NCBI RefSeq assembly: GCF_035594765.1 | Contig: NC_085844.1 | Location: 196,308,107-196,372,106, forward strand | Direction of reading: 5' to 3' | DNA from: Anolis carolinensis | Lineage: Eukaryota | Length of the DNA stretch: 64,000 nt | Part shown: positions 51,220 to 63,092 of the stretch, in pieces | Layout of the letters: every line of letters begins with the position of its first letter | How positions within the stretch are numbered: position 1 is the first letter of the stretch | Notes under the pieces: generated by a model | Seen by the model: only the letters and a program-made list of their open reading frames with translations | The model's database searches: none | What the model was told of the DNA's origin: nothing | Made by a program: the position numbers and the translations under genes

Positions 51220-54200
51220 TCATTCTGCAGAACGGGTTGTTCTTTTATCCAGCTCTTTTTTAGCAGCTCCAAGCAGTGGATATTTTCCTTCATTGCAGAA
51301 AGAACCTGAGAAATCATCTAGGTCAAGTGCCCAAATCATGATGCCTCCCAAATTGTTTTGTTTCATATACTGAACCTAAAGGAAAAAGCAAAGAATTAGG
51401 TAAATCTAGAAGCACAATAAGTTTTTCAAGCTGATTATATAATGTACTTATATGCTGTCCTGTGGGTCCAATGCATTAACATTTGTCCACATATGGCCCA
51501 TGGAAGACCAATATACACAAATGCAATATTGGCAAATAAAGCTGCTAGCTCCAATGTGACTAGACAATTCTAAATATACAATGCATACTATAATCATATC
51601 TCTTTATATTATTCTCTTCACTCATTTGCACAACATGTTGGATGACAAGACAAGAGCCTAAGGAGAGTTTACTCAAGTCTAATGCACCATCGAATCTAAT
51701 GCACTTCTCAGTTTTTGAAGCCCTGAAACCAAAAAAAGTATATGCTGCCAAATGTTATGTGCAGCAGCAAAAAGTGCACTCTTTGTAATTTGTTCAAACA
51801 AGGTGCACATTACAGTGGCTGCTTGCTCATAATTCCTTCTTTAAAAACAAAAATGTTAAAATACTAAAACTTTTAGCAATGGAAAAGAAAATCATGGGAG
51901 CATCTATGCTGTAGAATGAATCCACCTTAACTGCCCTGGTTCAATGCTATGGGGTCATGGGGGCTGTAGTTTGGGATCATGGGGACTGACAAAGAATGCT
52001 GATGCCTCATGAAACTACAAATCCCAGCATTGCATAGCATTGAGCCATGGCAATTAAATTAGTGATTACATCCCTCAAATAGGAGCTCCAGTTGCTCATG
52101 AAGTAGCTTCTCCTTTTGCTTATCATAATAAGATTATAGTATTACACAAATCTAATATGCACCCTTAATTTGGGAAGGTAATTTAGCCTTAAAAAGGTGA
52201 CCATTAGATTCAAGTAAATACAGTAGTTCCATTTTCCTCTGTGGACTGCATCATAAAAGCATAGTGGCAATTTTGGCGGTGCCCATCAGAGGGTGTGGGG
52301 AACCCGTCGCTCCATGCCCCACATTGCCCAACTCACCAAACTGAGCTTCCCATGGGGGAAGTTGACCAATATGCTCTTCAAGTTGTGAGGTGCCTTGGGC
52401 CAAGAAGTTGCGACAGGACCTCACAACTTTCCCTTTCGCAAGACACCCTTCAATCAGGAGAGTGTTACAGACATCATTTTCTAGCAGTCCGCTATCCAGT
52501 GACTCAGAAAGGCTTTAGTTAGAGTGTCACCTTGTTGTGAAGGTAGCTTTGGGGAGGTAGTGAGGCATCATCTAGATCAATACAGTTTTCTGAATTTATG
52601 GCCTTTTCCTTGTGTTATGAAAGGGACTGTCACATTGGGGACCCGTGCTTCCAAAACTAGCAATATATGACTAGAACTAATTCTCACATTATTATACAAT
52701 CTTTGTAAGCCACTCACTAGCACCCCTAGGTGACATTATTTAATGAAAACAGGGAGTGAAACTTTTGACAATACTTGCCTTAAGCGCAACACTTTGCACA
52801 TCTTCATATCCTACCCATTGGTTTCCTTTGTAAGAGTATGGAACTGCTTGCTCCTCAATCTGTACTTTCCTGGCACCATGATTGAAACTGCAGATCTGGC
52901 AGAAACAAGTTGTAAGAGATACATATTACATAAACAGGTTAATAAAAAGTAGTTCTAGACTTCAATTTAAATTTCTGGGTTTAACCTTTAAACCTCTAGA
53001 TGACTTGGACCTTAAATACCTGCTTATGGATATTTTGTCTTTACATGAAATACATATAAATGTGTGGATGTACACAAAGCAGACCCATATAGTCCATTAC
53101 ACAGGGGCAATCCCCACCACACAATATCTGATCATTGGCATCAGTGAGGGTTTCTTCTGTATCAGTAGGCTTGTCAGTTTGGGATCTTATGGCCCTTGTC
53201 CAGAGATGCTTTTTGTTCTCACAGCAAAATATCTTGCAGCAGCCTAATCTTCATAGGAAGCCTCCAGATATGAAAAATTCCTCATTCACTGTAGACGTTC
53301 ATGGTCAAAACATGGTGTTGGAGGCCTGGAGGGAACCCCACATCTTAGGCAGTGGGACTGAACATTGTAACCTCCCACATGAAGTAAACTTTGGAGTTAG
53401 ATGAATGCTTCTTGTATGTGAGCTATACATGAAGCATTTATCTTTTTGCACAATCACTCCCATAATCTCCCAGCCACCATGACCTGTGGCTGTGGGCTGG
53501 TCATATCGACTGGGAATTGGGCTTCTAGGAACCCAATCCGGCATGACCATCCCACAACCAATGGTCATGCTGGCTGGGGATTGAGCTTCTAAGAGTGCTC
53601 ATTCAAAAAAAGGGTAACATTTTCAAGAAATTATGTATGTGTGTGTATAATTACATACTATTTGCTATGGTAGTGGTTGTTATATCCTTCAAGTCAACTC
53701 AAATGTGTGGCAAATCTATACTACATATACTACAAGGTTTTACATTGCTTTTCTTGAGGGCTGAGAGAATATAACTTTATTATACAATAAGTTTGCATTG
53801 CTGAGTGGGCGTTCAAACCTGACTCAGCTCCTGGGGTCCAAGTTCAATACACAGACCACCACACCATGCTGTTTGTCTGCCTTTCTGCTTTTCTGTCTAT
53901 CTGTCTGTCTCACTCTCTAAAGTTGTAGAACTTCATGCTGGGATTCCATATCTGAATCAGGAATTCATGTCCTTGACTGTGGTTTAGAAAACAGAATGAT
54001 GCTGTGATTTCCATGGGTTTAATGGGAAGACGAACATGCATGAAAACATTGCTACCTCATAATAGGCCAGCATTCCCGCTTTTTTTGTGAAAGCACCAGG
54101 ATTTCCTGGGCCGGAAGCCACAGCCCCAACTCCAGTCTGGCTGGAAGAAAGAGTGAAAGTCTGCCCGTACGCAGGGATTCCCATGATGATCTTCTCAGCT

Positions 54201-57200
54201 TGAGCACCCCTCCTTATTAAGTATTTTATTGCAAAATCCTGCAAAAAGAAGGAGGAATCGATTAGTAAATGTGCATATCTGATGGGACACTGAGCATATT
54301 CCAGTTCTGCTATATTACATGATGGGTTGCTATTTCTTCAACAGTCATGTGAAACCCAATTATTCAAATAAACTTAATAACATTTATATTCAAAGACATC
54401 GCTGTTTGTGTGGAATATTAGCATGTCTCTTGTAGCACTTTAAAGACTGGTAACATAAGCTTTCATAGACTGTTTTCCCAGATGCATGGAACAAAGTGCC
54501 TTGGAGCAGACCTTTATAGGCACACTGTGTATATGAATATCTAGTGATAGAAATTTAAAACATTTTTGTATGGTGATGACATGAAAAGTGCAGATTTAAC
54601 AATTTCCATGGGAGAAGGTGTTGCCTAAAGTTAAAAGCAGAGAACTGTTTGACTGGTGGAGTGAGTTATTAGAAGGTACTGACAACATACCACATTATAA
54701 GACGACGCAGTTCCACTGTCAGCTGTGCCCTTCTTAAGGGGACTGATATGCCCTGTGTAGTTGTGACTGTTATCTTCCCAGTAACCATGGAAATCATAGG
54801 TCAAGAAATTAAGGAAATCTACAGAACTGTAGGAGGAGAACAAACAGTAAATCACGCCCCATTTTGTAAGTGTGATGATGCTTACATTTCAAGCCTGCAA
54901 GATTAAAATAAAGTACCCATTTAGCTACCTGCACCAGATTTCCCACTGGGAAATCTGAAGGCATGACAGTTAGGTTAAACCCTACTTTTAATCTCTTAAT
55001 CTCAACTAGAATAGAGTAATTGAATCAGTGAAATGGTTAGGTTTATCTAAATGTTAGTCTCCTTTATTTGGGACTAAAAGAGGATCCCAGCTTCATCTTT
55101 TATTGCAGCATAAGAGGACAGGGATAGGATGTTGTAAAATTCTATGGCTGAATTCTCATTTTAAACCAGATATTAATTCTCCCTTTAGGAGGGAAGTTTC
55201 ACAAATGAGCCCCAAATCCTCATAGCATTTACCTGCACCATTTAAATGACTAGCAATATGAAATGCCTATGAACACTACAGTTTTCTAGTCAGCATGCTT
55301 TCCATTCTAAGTACCTTTTGCCTTGTCTTTGTTTGTAACAAATATAGCTGAAAAGATTTACCTTGAGATACTCTTGATATCATAGCCTTTATCAATGAAT
55401 TCCTTTCCAGCAGGTACTGAAACACTCAGAATGAGTTTATTCATATTTGGATTGTCCTTAGCCTCCTTCTCAAATGCGATAGATAGTTCCTAAAGGGTAG
55501 ATATCATTGTGATTTAAGGAACAGTTAGCTATTGTTATTCTATGAAGTACTTAGGCTGTTCCGAACAAGAATAATCAATTTGTATCAAAGTTCCTTCCTG
55601 CCACAATCAGTTCATTCCCTAACAGAGTGGGTGCTCTAATTAGTTGGGAAATTGATTTTTGGGTTTTAATATATATCTTTACTTTATTTGTATGTATGTT
55701 TGTACGGCATCCAATTGTTGCCTATTGTAAGCTGCTTTGAGTCCCCTTTGGGATGAGTAGGGCAGAGTATAAATAGTAAACAAATAATAAATAAATAAAT
55801 TTTGTTGGACTCTAATTTAAGATAGCCATATTGGCTGGTAAATTCTGGGAGAAGAGTCCACAAAGTAACTTTTCCGAGCTTTGATAAATTCTACAACTCA
55901 GGGTCAGATCTTAAAACTCCTTTATATTTCTGAAAAATTCACTTCTAAATTATTCATTTAAAAACTAATGACTCAATGCTGAGACATTGAGTAGCCTTGA
56001 GACATCCTTTGTCAGTTTGTCCAATTGCCTCTTCAATCAATATCTTGGTTAAATCCTGTTAACATGTGCTTTAACGTACCTTAACCAGGTAAGCCAAACG
56101 TCTTTTATCATTCCGTTCTGGATATTGCCAAGAAAGATCCAAGCCATCAAAATTGTTTTCCCGAAGAAACAGAATCACGGACATCACAAATTCTGAGCGT
56201 GTGGCAGGAGATCTTGTTATGAGTCTAAAGCTGTAACAGATGGAAAACATGGAATTAGGGGATTTAAAAATATATTTCATTTTTCATAGAAATATCATTG
56301 ATTTTTTTTGTATTAGCGTAAAAGCCACTGTGGCATCTATTTTGTTTTTTAGGCACAGCTTTGCTATTATTCTTTTTCTTCAAAAGCAACTGCTGTTTTG
56401 TGGGTATACATTACTGAAGAATGCTGTATTCCCTTTGTTTATAACGTGATCAGGTGACATATCTATCTTGTCCTTGAAGGCAGAAGGAAGAACATACAAT
56501 GAGCATAGAGGAGGAGGAGGAGGAGGAAGGGGGGGATAAACTACCTAAACAGCTTCTACCCTCCCTCAGTTTGCCCTGGCATTGACTAGGATGAAGCCTT
56601 GGCAAAGAAAGAGGAGGAGGAGAAATAATGAACCCGGTCACTCAGTGGTGCCTTGGCCAAATACAAGAGTCGAATGAAAAGTAATGCCTCCACCTTCGTA
56701 ACTCCTCAACAGATGACAGTACTGTTATGTGGCAGGTACTGGCTTGTTCAGCAGACTTTCCTCTACGGTTCCATTTGGTGGAAATTCTAGCATTGAACGG
56801 TTGTGTTGTTAAAGTGCAAAGTATGGAACCCTGTGCAGACGGTCAGTCAATGCAACTTAAGCAACGTGCAGTCATTGAATTCTTGACAGCAGAAGGTGTC
56901 ACCCCAAAGGAGATTCATCAGAGAATGCAAGCTGTTTATGGTGATTGTGTTGATATGAGTACTGTGCATCATTGGGTGAGTAAGTTTAAAGATGTTGAGG
57001 TGGGAACATCTGACTTGCGTGACAAACAAAGAGTTGGACGTCCTGTGGCAGCAACCACCGAGTTTCACAAGCAAAAGGTTGACAGATTGATTCAAGGCAA
57101 TTGTCGTATCACTCAGAGAGAAATTTCAAGCATAATTGGCATTTCACAAGAACGTGTGGGCCACATTACTGCTTTGCTTGGCTATTGGAAGATCTGAGCA

Positions 57201-60200
57201 CGATGGGTACCCAGGATGCTGACGTCTGAAATGAAAGCGCACAGATTTGAAATTTGCCAGGAACTCCTCTTGTGTTATAATTATGAAAGTGACGCCTTTC
57301 TCATTTGGGGTGACACCTTCTGCTGTTAAGAATTCAATGACTGCACGTTGCTTAAGGCGCATTGACTGACTGTCTGGTCAGGGTTCCATACTTCGCACTT
57401 TAACAACACAACCGTTCAATGCCAAGGCTTCCTGCCAAATGGAACTGTAGACGACAGTCTACTGAACAAGCCAGTACCTGCCGCATACTAGTACTGCAAT
57501 CTGTTGAGGAATTATGACGGTGGAGGCATTACTTTTCCTTCAACCCTCGTAGCTTCCAGTCTCTGGGAGAGAACAAAGCATTGTCAACACCCTGCAGTTC
57601 CACTGGATACATTATTTTCCCCTGTTCTGTGGGAAAGCATAAGGGCTTTAATGCAGGAATTCCTCAAGTGTCCTTCCTCCTTCTACAGTCAATGAAGGAG
57701 ACATTCCTCAGACACAAGTCACACCATAACACCACTCCTCAGAACAAGACACTGTGTACACATTGAACGTTGAAAATATTCCAGCACCACACTTGTCAGA
57801 TAGATGATACTACTTAACAATCTATCGTACCCCACAACTAAATCTCACCCTAATTCCACTCTAATACCAAGGATATATGTTGCAAAAACAATAACAAACA
57901 ATCAGAAAATATGTTCTCTTGACAACTATATAGTAAAAAAAAGTGTTTTAAAACAATTACATTAAATGTGTTGTTGACGGCTTTCATGGGCGGAATCACT
58001 GGGTTGTTGTGTATCTTCCAGGCTGTATGGCGATGTTCCATAAGTATTATCTCCTAGATGTGGGCAAAACGTCAGGAGAGAATGCTTCTGGAACATGGCC
58101 ATACAGCCCGGAAAATGCACCACAACCAAATTCCTTGCACATTAAAGCTGCAAGGAAACAATTTCACAGTGAAAACAGTTGTAATTTATTTGTTCCATGA
58201 ACGCCATCGCCAGGGCAAACTGAGGGAGGGTAGAAGCTGTTTAGGCAGTTTATCCCCCCCGCCCCTCCACTCCTCCTCCTCCTCTAGGAAGATTAGAATC
58301 AAGGTAGATATGGATGTTTTTGCTAGGGATTGACAAGGCCTTGATGGCAGAAAGAAACTCCTCTGCTAGGGGAGAAAGAAAAAATAGTGGAGGAGGAACT
58401 TGCATTTTTAAAGTTCTTTCCATCACTTGATTTTTTTAAAGAGCTGGGGATAGGATCAATACAAATTAAATTGGGTAAAGGGAACCTTCATGACACTTAA
58501 AGATATGTTGAATATGTATTTTGTTATGATAGTGTAGATTTTTCATTTTAAATGGCAAACCCTTTCTTATAGAGCTTTTATTTCAATGACTATTATATCT
58601 GTGGAACTATATATTGATATTGCATCTCAGAACTACAGACCAACTGATTGGCAAAGCAGTTTTAACTCACATATCTCTTTGAAGATTTATGACCATAGTC
58701 ACAACTTGTATCTCTGTGTCTGCTACTACATTGCAATCTCACACTTGCCTGTGGCCATACTTCCAATTTCAGCCGTGCATCTGAAGATGTGGCTTGATCA
58801 CCTTAAAAGCTCATACTGAAGTCTCAGAGGAACTTTTGGTATCTTTGATTTTGGCTACAAAAGGCAGAAATTGAATAAATTGATAGTTTTGGACTTACGG
58901 AGCAGATCCTGCTGAATATCCACCAACAGAGAGAAGAGTCTTCAGTGTGGGATTTCTAAATAAATAAATCAGTGGATGTAAAGCAAGTAAAAATTAAGTG
59001 TATACTTTTTTAACCCAAAGTAATCAAAGCCTGCTTGCAAGAAACTGGTGCTTTTGGGCAGAATAACAAGTGGTTCCCCTTCCCAAAAATCAGTGGGGGT
59101 GGCATCTTTCAAATGGCCAGGGAGGAAAAGCAGTTCCATTTCTCCTCCGTTTCCCAAGTTGGGAGACTGGGGAGAAATGGCCAGGAAAGGAAAGGGGTGC
59201 AATTTCTTCTCCGTCCCCAACTTGGGGGATGAAGGAGAAATGGCTTGGGGAGGGAAATGAGACCATTTCTCCTCTTCTCTGAGCTGGGAAAGGATCAGCT
59301 GTGAAGTGAAGGAGAAATGCTTGGGGAGGGAAGCCCCTGCTCCACTATCAGGTGGAGGCTGGTGAGTTTGCTAGTCTCACCCTGATGGAGGGGCAAAGGC
59401 ACCTTTCGGTATGCGATCAGATCTAACGCACACCTCAATTTTGGCAAAGCAATTAAGCTAAAAAAGATGCACATTAGATTTGAGTAAATATGGTAATTTC
59501 AAAGAAACAAAGAAGATATTTCCATGTAAAGAGACCCATCCTGAAAGACTGTTAATTTCAGAGTCTAATCTTTACACAACTGAATTAATGATTTTATCAG
59601 CATGGGACAGTGAAAATGACTCTGACCTTAATTCTGTTTCAATGGGACTTGCTTCAGAGGTATCTTGAATACTACAGCTTTCAAGAATTCCCAGTAAGCA
59701 CAGCCAATGGAAATGGTGGCTGAGAGATTCTGGGAATTGTAGTCCAAAAAGTAATTTCCCCCACCTTAGCATTAACTATCCTATCTCAGTATGAGAGGCT
59801 ACTATTGAAATGATCTCTCCTTTGTGAACCAAACTCTGTAAGTGCTTCATTACTATACTTACCTGGTTTTTAGTTGGTGGATATTGTCATATGTGCTCAA
59901 ATCATTCCACTCAGTGGCTGCAATCATGTTGTCTTTTATGCTGGCAAAAGCATAAATGATGTGGGTGCAGAGGCCTGGATCAATGTCGTCCGTGATAAAG
60001 CGTCCCGATCCGTCCCGATACTGAGACCAGTTGGTGAAGTAGCAAACCAACTTAAAGGTTGAAACTTTTATGGTGATTCAAAAAGATAACATGAAAAGAT
60101 AGTCAATGAACATGAAACAAAATGGAGTTAGGTATGAGCAGTGAGGTATGCCAATTTCATTAATGACAAACAAAATAGTTTAGTGAAGTCACAGCAAAAC

Positions 60201-61778
60201 TGGACATCAAAGTTTGTGTAATGCAGACACAGTGTAGGACAGCTCTGAAGATGCTGAACTTACATTGGGTTAGCATTCAGCACATTGGATAATAAGACCT
60301 AGAGAAGATTCACGCCCCAAAGACATGGGAGCTGCAAGCCACTGCGGTTCAAGAAGATCTCTTCAACTTGGTGAATGAACATCAAAATGGCAAACATAAA
60401 GTAAAGTATATTCGAGGAAAAAAAACACAATTCCCCACAGACACTAATGGGAAGTGAGCTAGGAACTACAAGCTGCTAGACATCTGAAATAACTTATATA
60501 GTTCTAATTATTACAGGATATTCTACAGCTTCAGAGGGTGCCAAAAAGATCAAGCAAAGCAATAAAGAATAACTCTCACAAGAAGAGAGGTAGCAAAATC
60601 TGGTCCCCGAGTTACAAAAATTTGACTTACAAATGACATATAGTTAAGAATGGGGGTGAGACAACAGGAAGTGAGAGACATCTACTCATCAGAAGGGAAA
60701 TTCACTCCTGAAAGAGTTATTATGGGAAAAAGTGTCTCCACCAAAGCTTTATCACCAATCTCTGTTTCCACAAGCCAATAATCACAGGACCAGAAAATGA
60801 AGTGAGATCTTCTGAACAGGGGCACAGACAGCAAAACAAACACCACAGGGATGTTAACCGTTCCCTGTGCTATCCAAAGTTAAAATTATATGTTTGTATA
60901 TGTATATGTATGTGTGTGTCTGGAGTTACACTTAAAAATGTACTTGTTCCAACTTACATACAAATTCAAATTAAGAATAAACCTATGTAATAATGATAAT
61001 ATTAATAAACTTTATTTAGACCTCTTCCCACCTCCCCAAGGGGACTTGGAGCGGCTTACAACAAGAGGCAATATACAACAAATACGCACATAGCAAACAA
61101 CAGAAGTAAACATATCAATTACATAGGAAATAATTAACAGCAAACAAATTAAGTATAACTCACAAATATTACTCATAACTATACAAAACTAAAAATACTA
61201 CAGAACATATCTTGATCATAACTTGGGGACTGCCTGTATTTCCATAAATGATACACTACAGATCCAGAATTTACTTTGGTGGGAAGAGAATTAGGTGACC
61301 CTTTAGAAAAATTTGACTCTTAGAAGAAGAAAAGAAAAAAACTAAGACATAAAGAAACAGTGACATACCTTGCTGTAGACATATCAATGCCACTATACCT
61401 AATGGAAAAAGAGAGAGAGATTATGCTAGGACAAAGCTATAAACACCAAAAATAATCATCTGAATAGTTTTCCCTTTAAGGTTGTTCTTTTGAATAATAA
61501 AGGAACTGAAATGAATGCAGGACATATTCTTAGCTGAGGCAGAAAGCATACTTGCTTAGCTGGCAAGGTTTATGGGATTTTCCCACGCACTGATACTGGA
61601 TTTTCTGGAGGGTCCTGTGGAGTGTTAAAGGCTTCTAGCCACAAGCATTCAAAATATGTTTTACCAACCCTCCCCATATGTTGTTGAAGTATTGAGAGCT
61701 CTATTTGAAGTAGTGTTCCCAAGCAGGACTTTACATTTCATCAAAAGCCTTACCAGTCCATATGATTGCTCTGCTCAT
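51220..61778 (-). CDS. CHI3L2: Gene D: chitinase-like lectin (CHI3L2/YKL-39-like), 394 aa, predicted non-catalytic, no CBM14
   Basis: Exons 61778-61754, 61398-61369, 60064-59863, 58955-58899, 56230-56080, 55489-55362, 54826-54691, 54238-54056, 52895-52779, 51375-51220; total 1185 nt, in frame (intron 9 is GC-AG). N-terminus [33 protein letters not shown]; GGY in place of GGW; [16 protein letters not shown]; stop directly after the GH18 domain. The symbol is assigned from diagnostic residues and position, not from a search. Confidence 0.88.
56664..57549 (+). mobile_element. Mariner derivative with two inverted left ends (about 250-bp arms) and truncated transposase
   Basis: TA-flanked; [35 protein letters not shown]...GRP...RITQREI (mariner HTH region); 57300-57549 is the reverse complement of 56664-56912. 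Confidence 0.9.
57968..58130. mobile_element. Short Penelope terminal remnant, two inverted halves
   Basis: ggctttcatgg...gggttgttg...ggctgtatggc facing catggccatacagcccggaaa. Confidence 0.75.
60596..61238. mobile_element. Tigger-like MITE interrupted by an L2-type tail, in gene D intron 2
   Basis: gtccccgagttac...aacttggggactgcctg|ta inverted ends. Confidence 0.6.
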
Positions 61779-61862
61779 TGTTGGGTGCTCTGCTCTTCTA
61801 TATCCCACGAGCACTTCTGCTTCCTTTCCTGTGATGTACCTGTAGCATTGCTCTGAAACAGC

Positions 61863-61929
61863 TTTATAAGACTTGGGCAGGGTGGAAGTGAAAGACTGTG
61901 GTGAAACACTTCTGGGAATTATTGTGCAA
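61863..61929 (-). promoter_or_regulatory. Gene D proximal promoter: TATA plus ETS-IRF, RUNX, STAT and C/EBP-like sites
   Basis: TATAAA 61868-61863; GGAAGTGAAA 61884-61893; TGTGGT 61897-61902; TTCTGGGAA 61910-61918; TTGTGCAA 61922-61929. Confidence 0.6.
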
Positions 61930-62843
61930 CTGTCTAGGAGAAAAAATGTTGAAATTGGTATTGTGCCGGAGGGATTAATTAATTAATTGCACCCAGCTGT
62001 TTGAAACTGACCAGTGCCAAAAGTGATGAAAAATCCTCCTTGATCACTTGATTTTGACCTGGATAATAAATCTAGTTGAGCTGGGGTTTAGCCTTCAACC
62101 AAAGGAAAATTGGAGTGTAAGGTGGGGTTGGTTACTCCTGCCCTCTCCATCATTCACTGCATCTCCCCTGCTCTTAATACTTGTGGGATAGTTGGAAAAA
62201 TATGCCTTTGTGTCAGTCACTATATACACAAAGGTTTCAATGTAATTTGGATACTTCAACTGTGCAGAATCCTGATCAATTGTGATCATGTGTAACACGA
62301 AAACTTGCCTTGTACAGCTGCTGGGAAAGCAAGACCTAGCAAGGTACACAACGATTTAATGTGGATCTTTGCAGTCCATCACTCTAACTACTGCACTGCA
62401 CACACTCTCTCTCAGAACTTGGAAAAGTTCTTTGTTTTTTGACCTACAACTTTTAGAACCTGTCAACGAGAATGGACATTGGCACTAAAAGCCTAACTGG
62501 CAAACAGCTCAGAAAACTTAACCAAAGCAGTTCACTAAACTTAATAGAGAACTTTGCAGCTTCTTCTCTGCTCAGGTCTGGTCAGAGCAGGGAAAAGTTA
62601 CTTCTGGGGAATATTGTAAGCTGCCCTGAGTCCCCTATGGGTGAGAAGGGCGGGATATAAGTATTGTAATAAATAAATAAATATCCCCATATCTCCCAGT
62701 CATGATGGCCATAGTAACCATACTTGCTGGGGAATTCTTAAACTTATAGTCCCATGGGTAACTTTTTAATCATTGTTCTCTCTTCATATTCCAGTTTTAG
62801 CTCTAGTAAGGAATAAACAGAACTGTGCATAAACCTAGTGACA

Positions 62844-63041
62844 GTGACATGCCTTTCAGACCAAGCCTTCATCAACAGCCTAAAGGCAAAAGATAGAGCA
62901 GATGAGCTTTGCAGCAACATGTCCAGTAGGGAGACTTTTGGTCTGAAAGGCGGTGACATGCCTTTCAGACCAAGTTTTCATCAACAGTCTAAAGGTAAAA
63001 GATAGAGCAGATAAGCTTTGCAGCAACATGTCGGTAGGGAG
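62844..63041. repeat. About 90-bp direct duplication with an inverted junction hairpin
   Basis: gtgacatgcctttcagaccaag...tagggaga at 62844 and 62953. Confidence 0.88.
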
Positions 63042-63092
63042 AATTTGGAACTTTTCACAAGCATCACTTTTTGTGCTTGACACTGTTCAGAT

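Noticed and set aside
51220-61778. Calling gene D a pseudogene or OVGP1
   Set aside because: All ten exons are in frame with a signal peptide and TATA box; there is no mucin-like tail, and the diagnostic residues fit CHI3L2 better.
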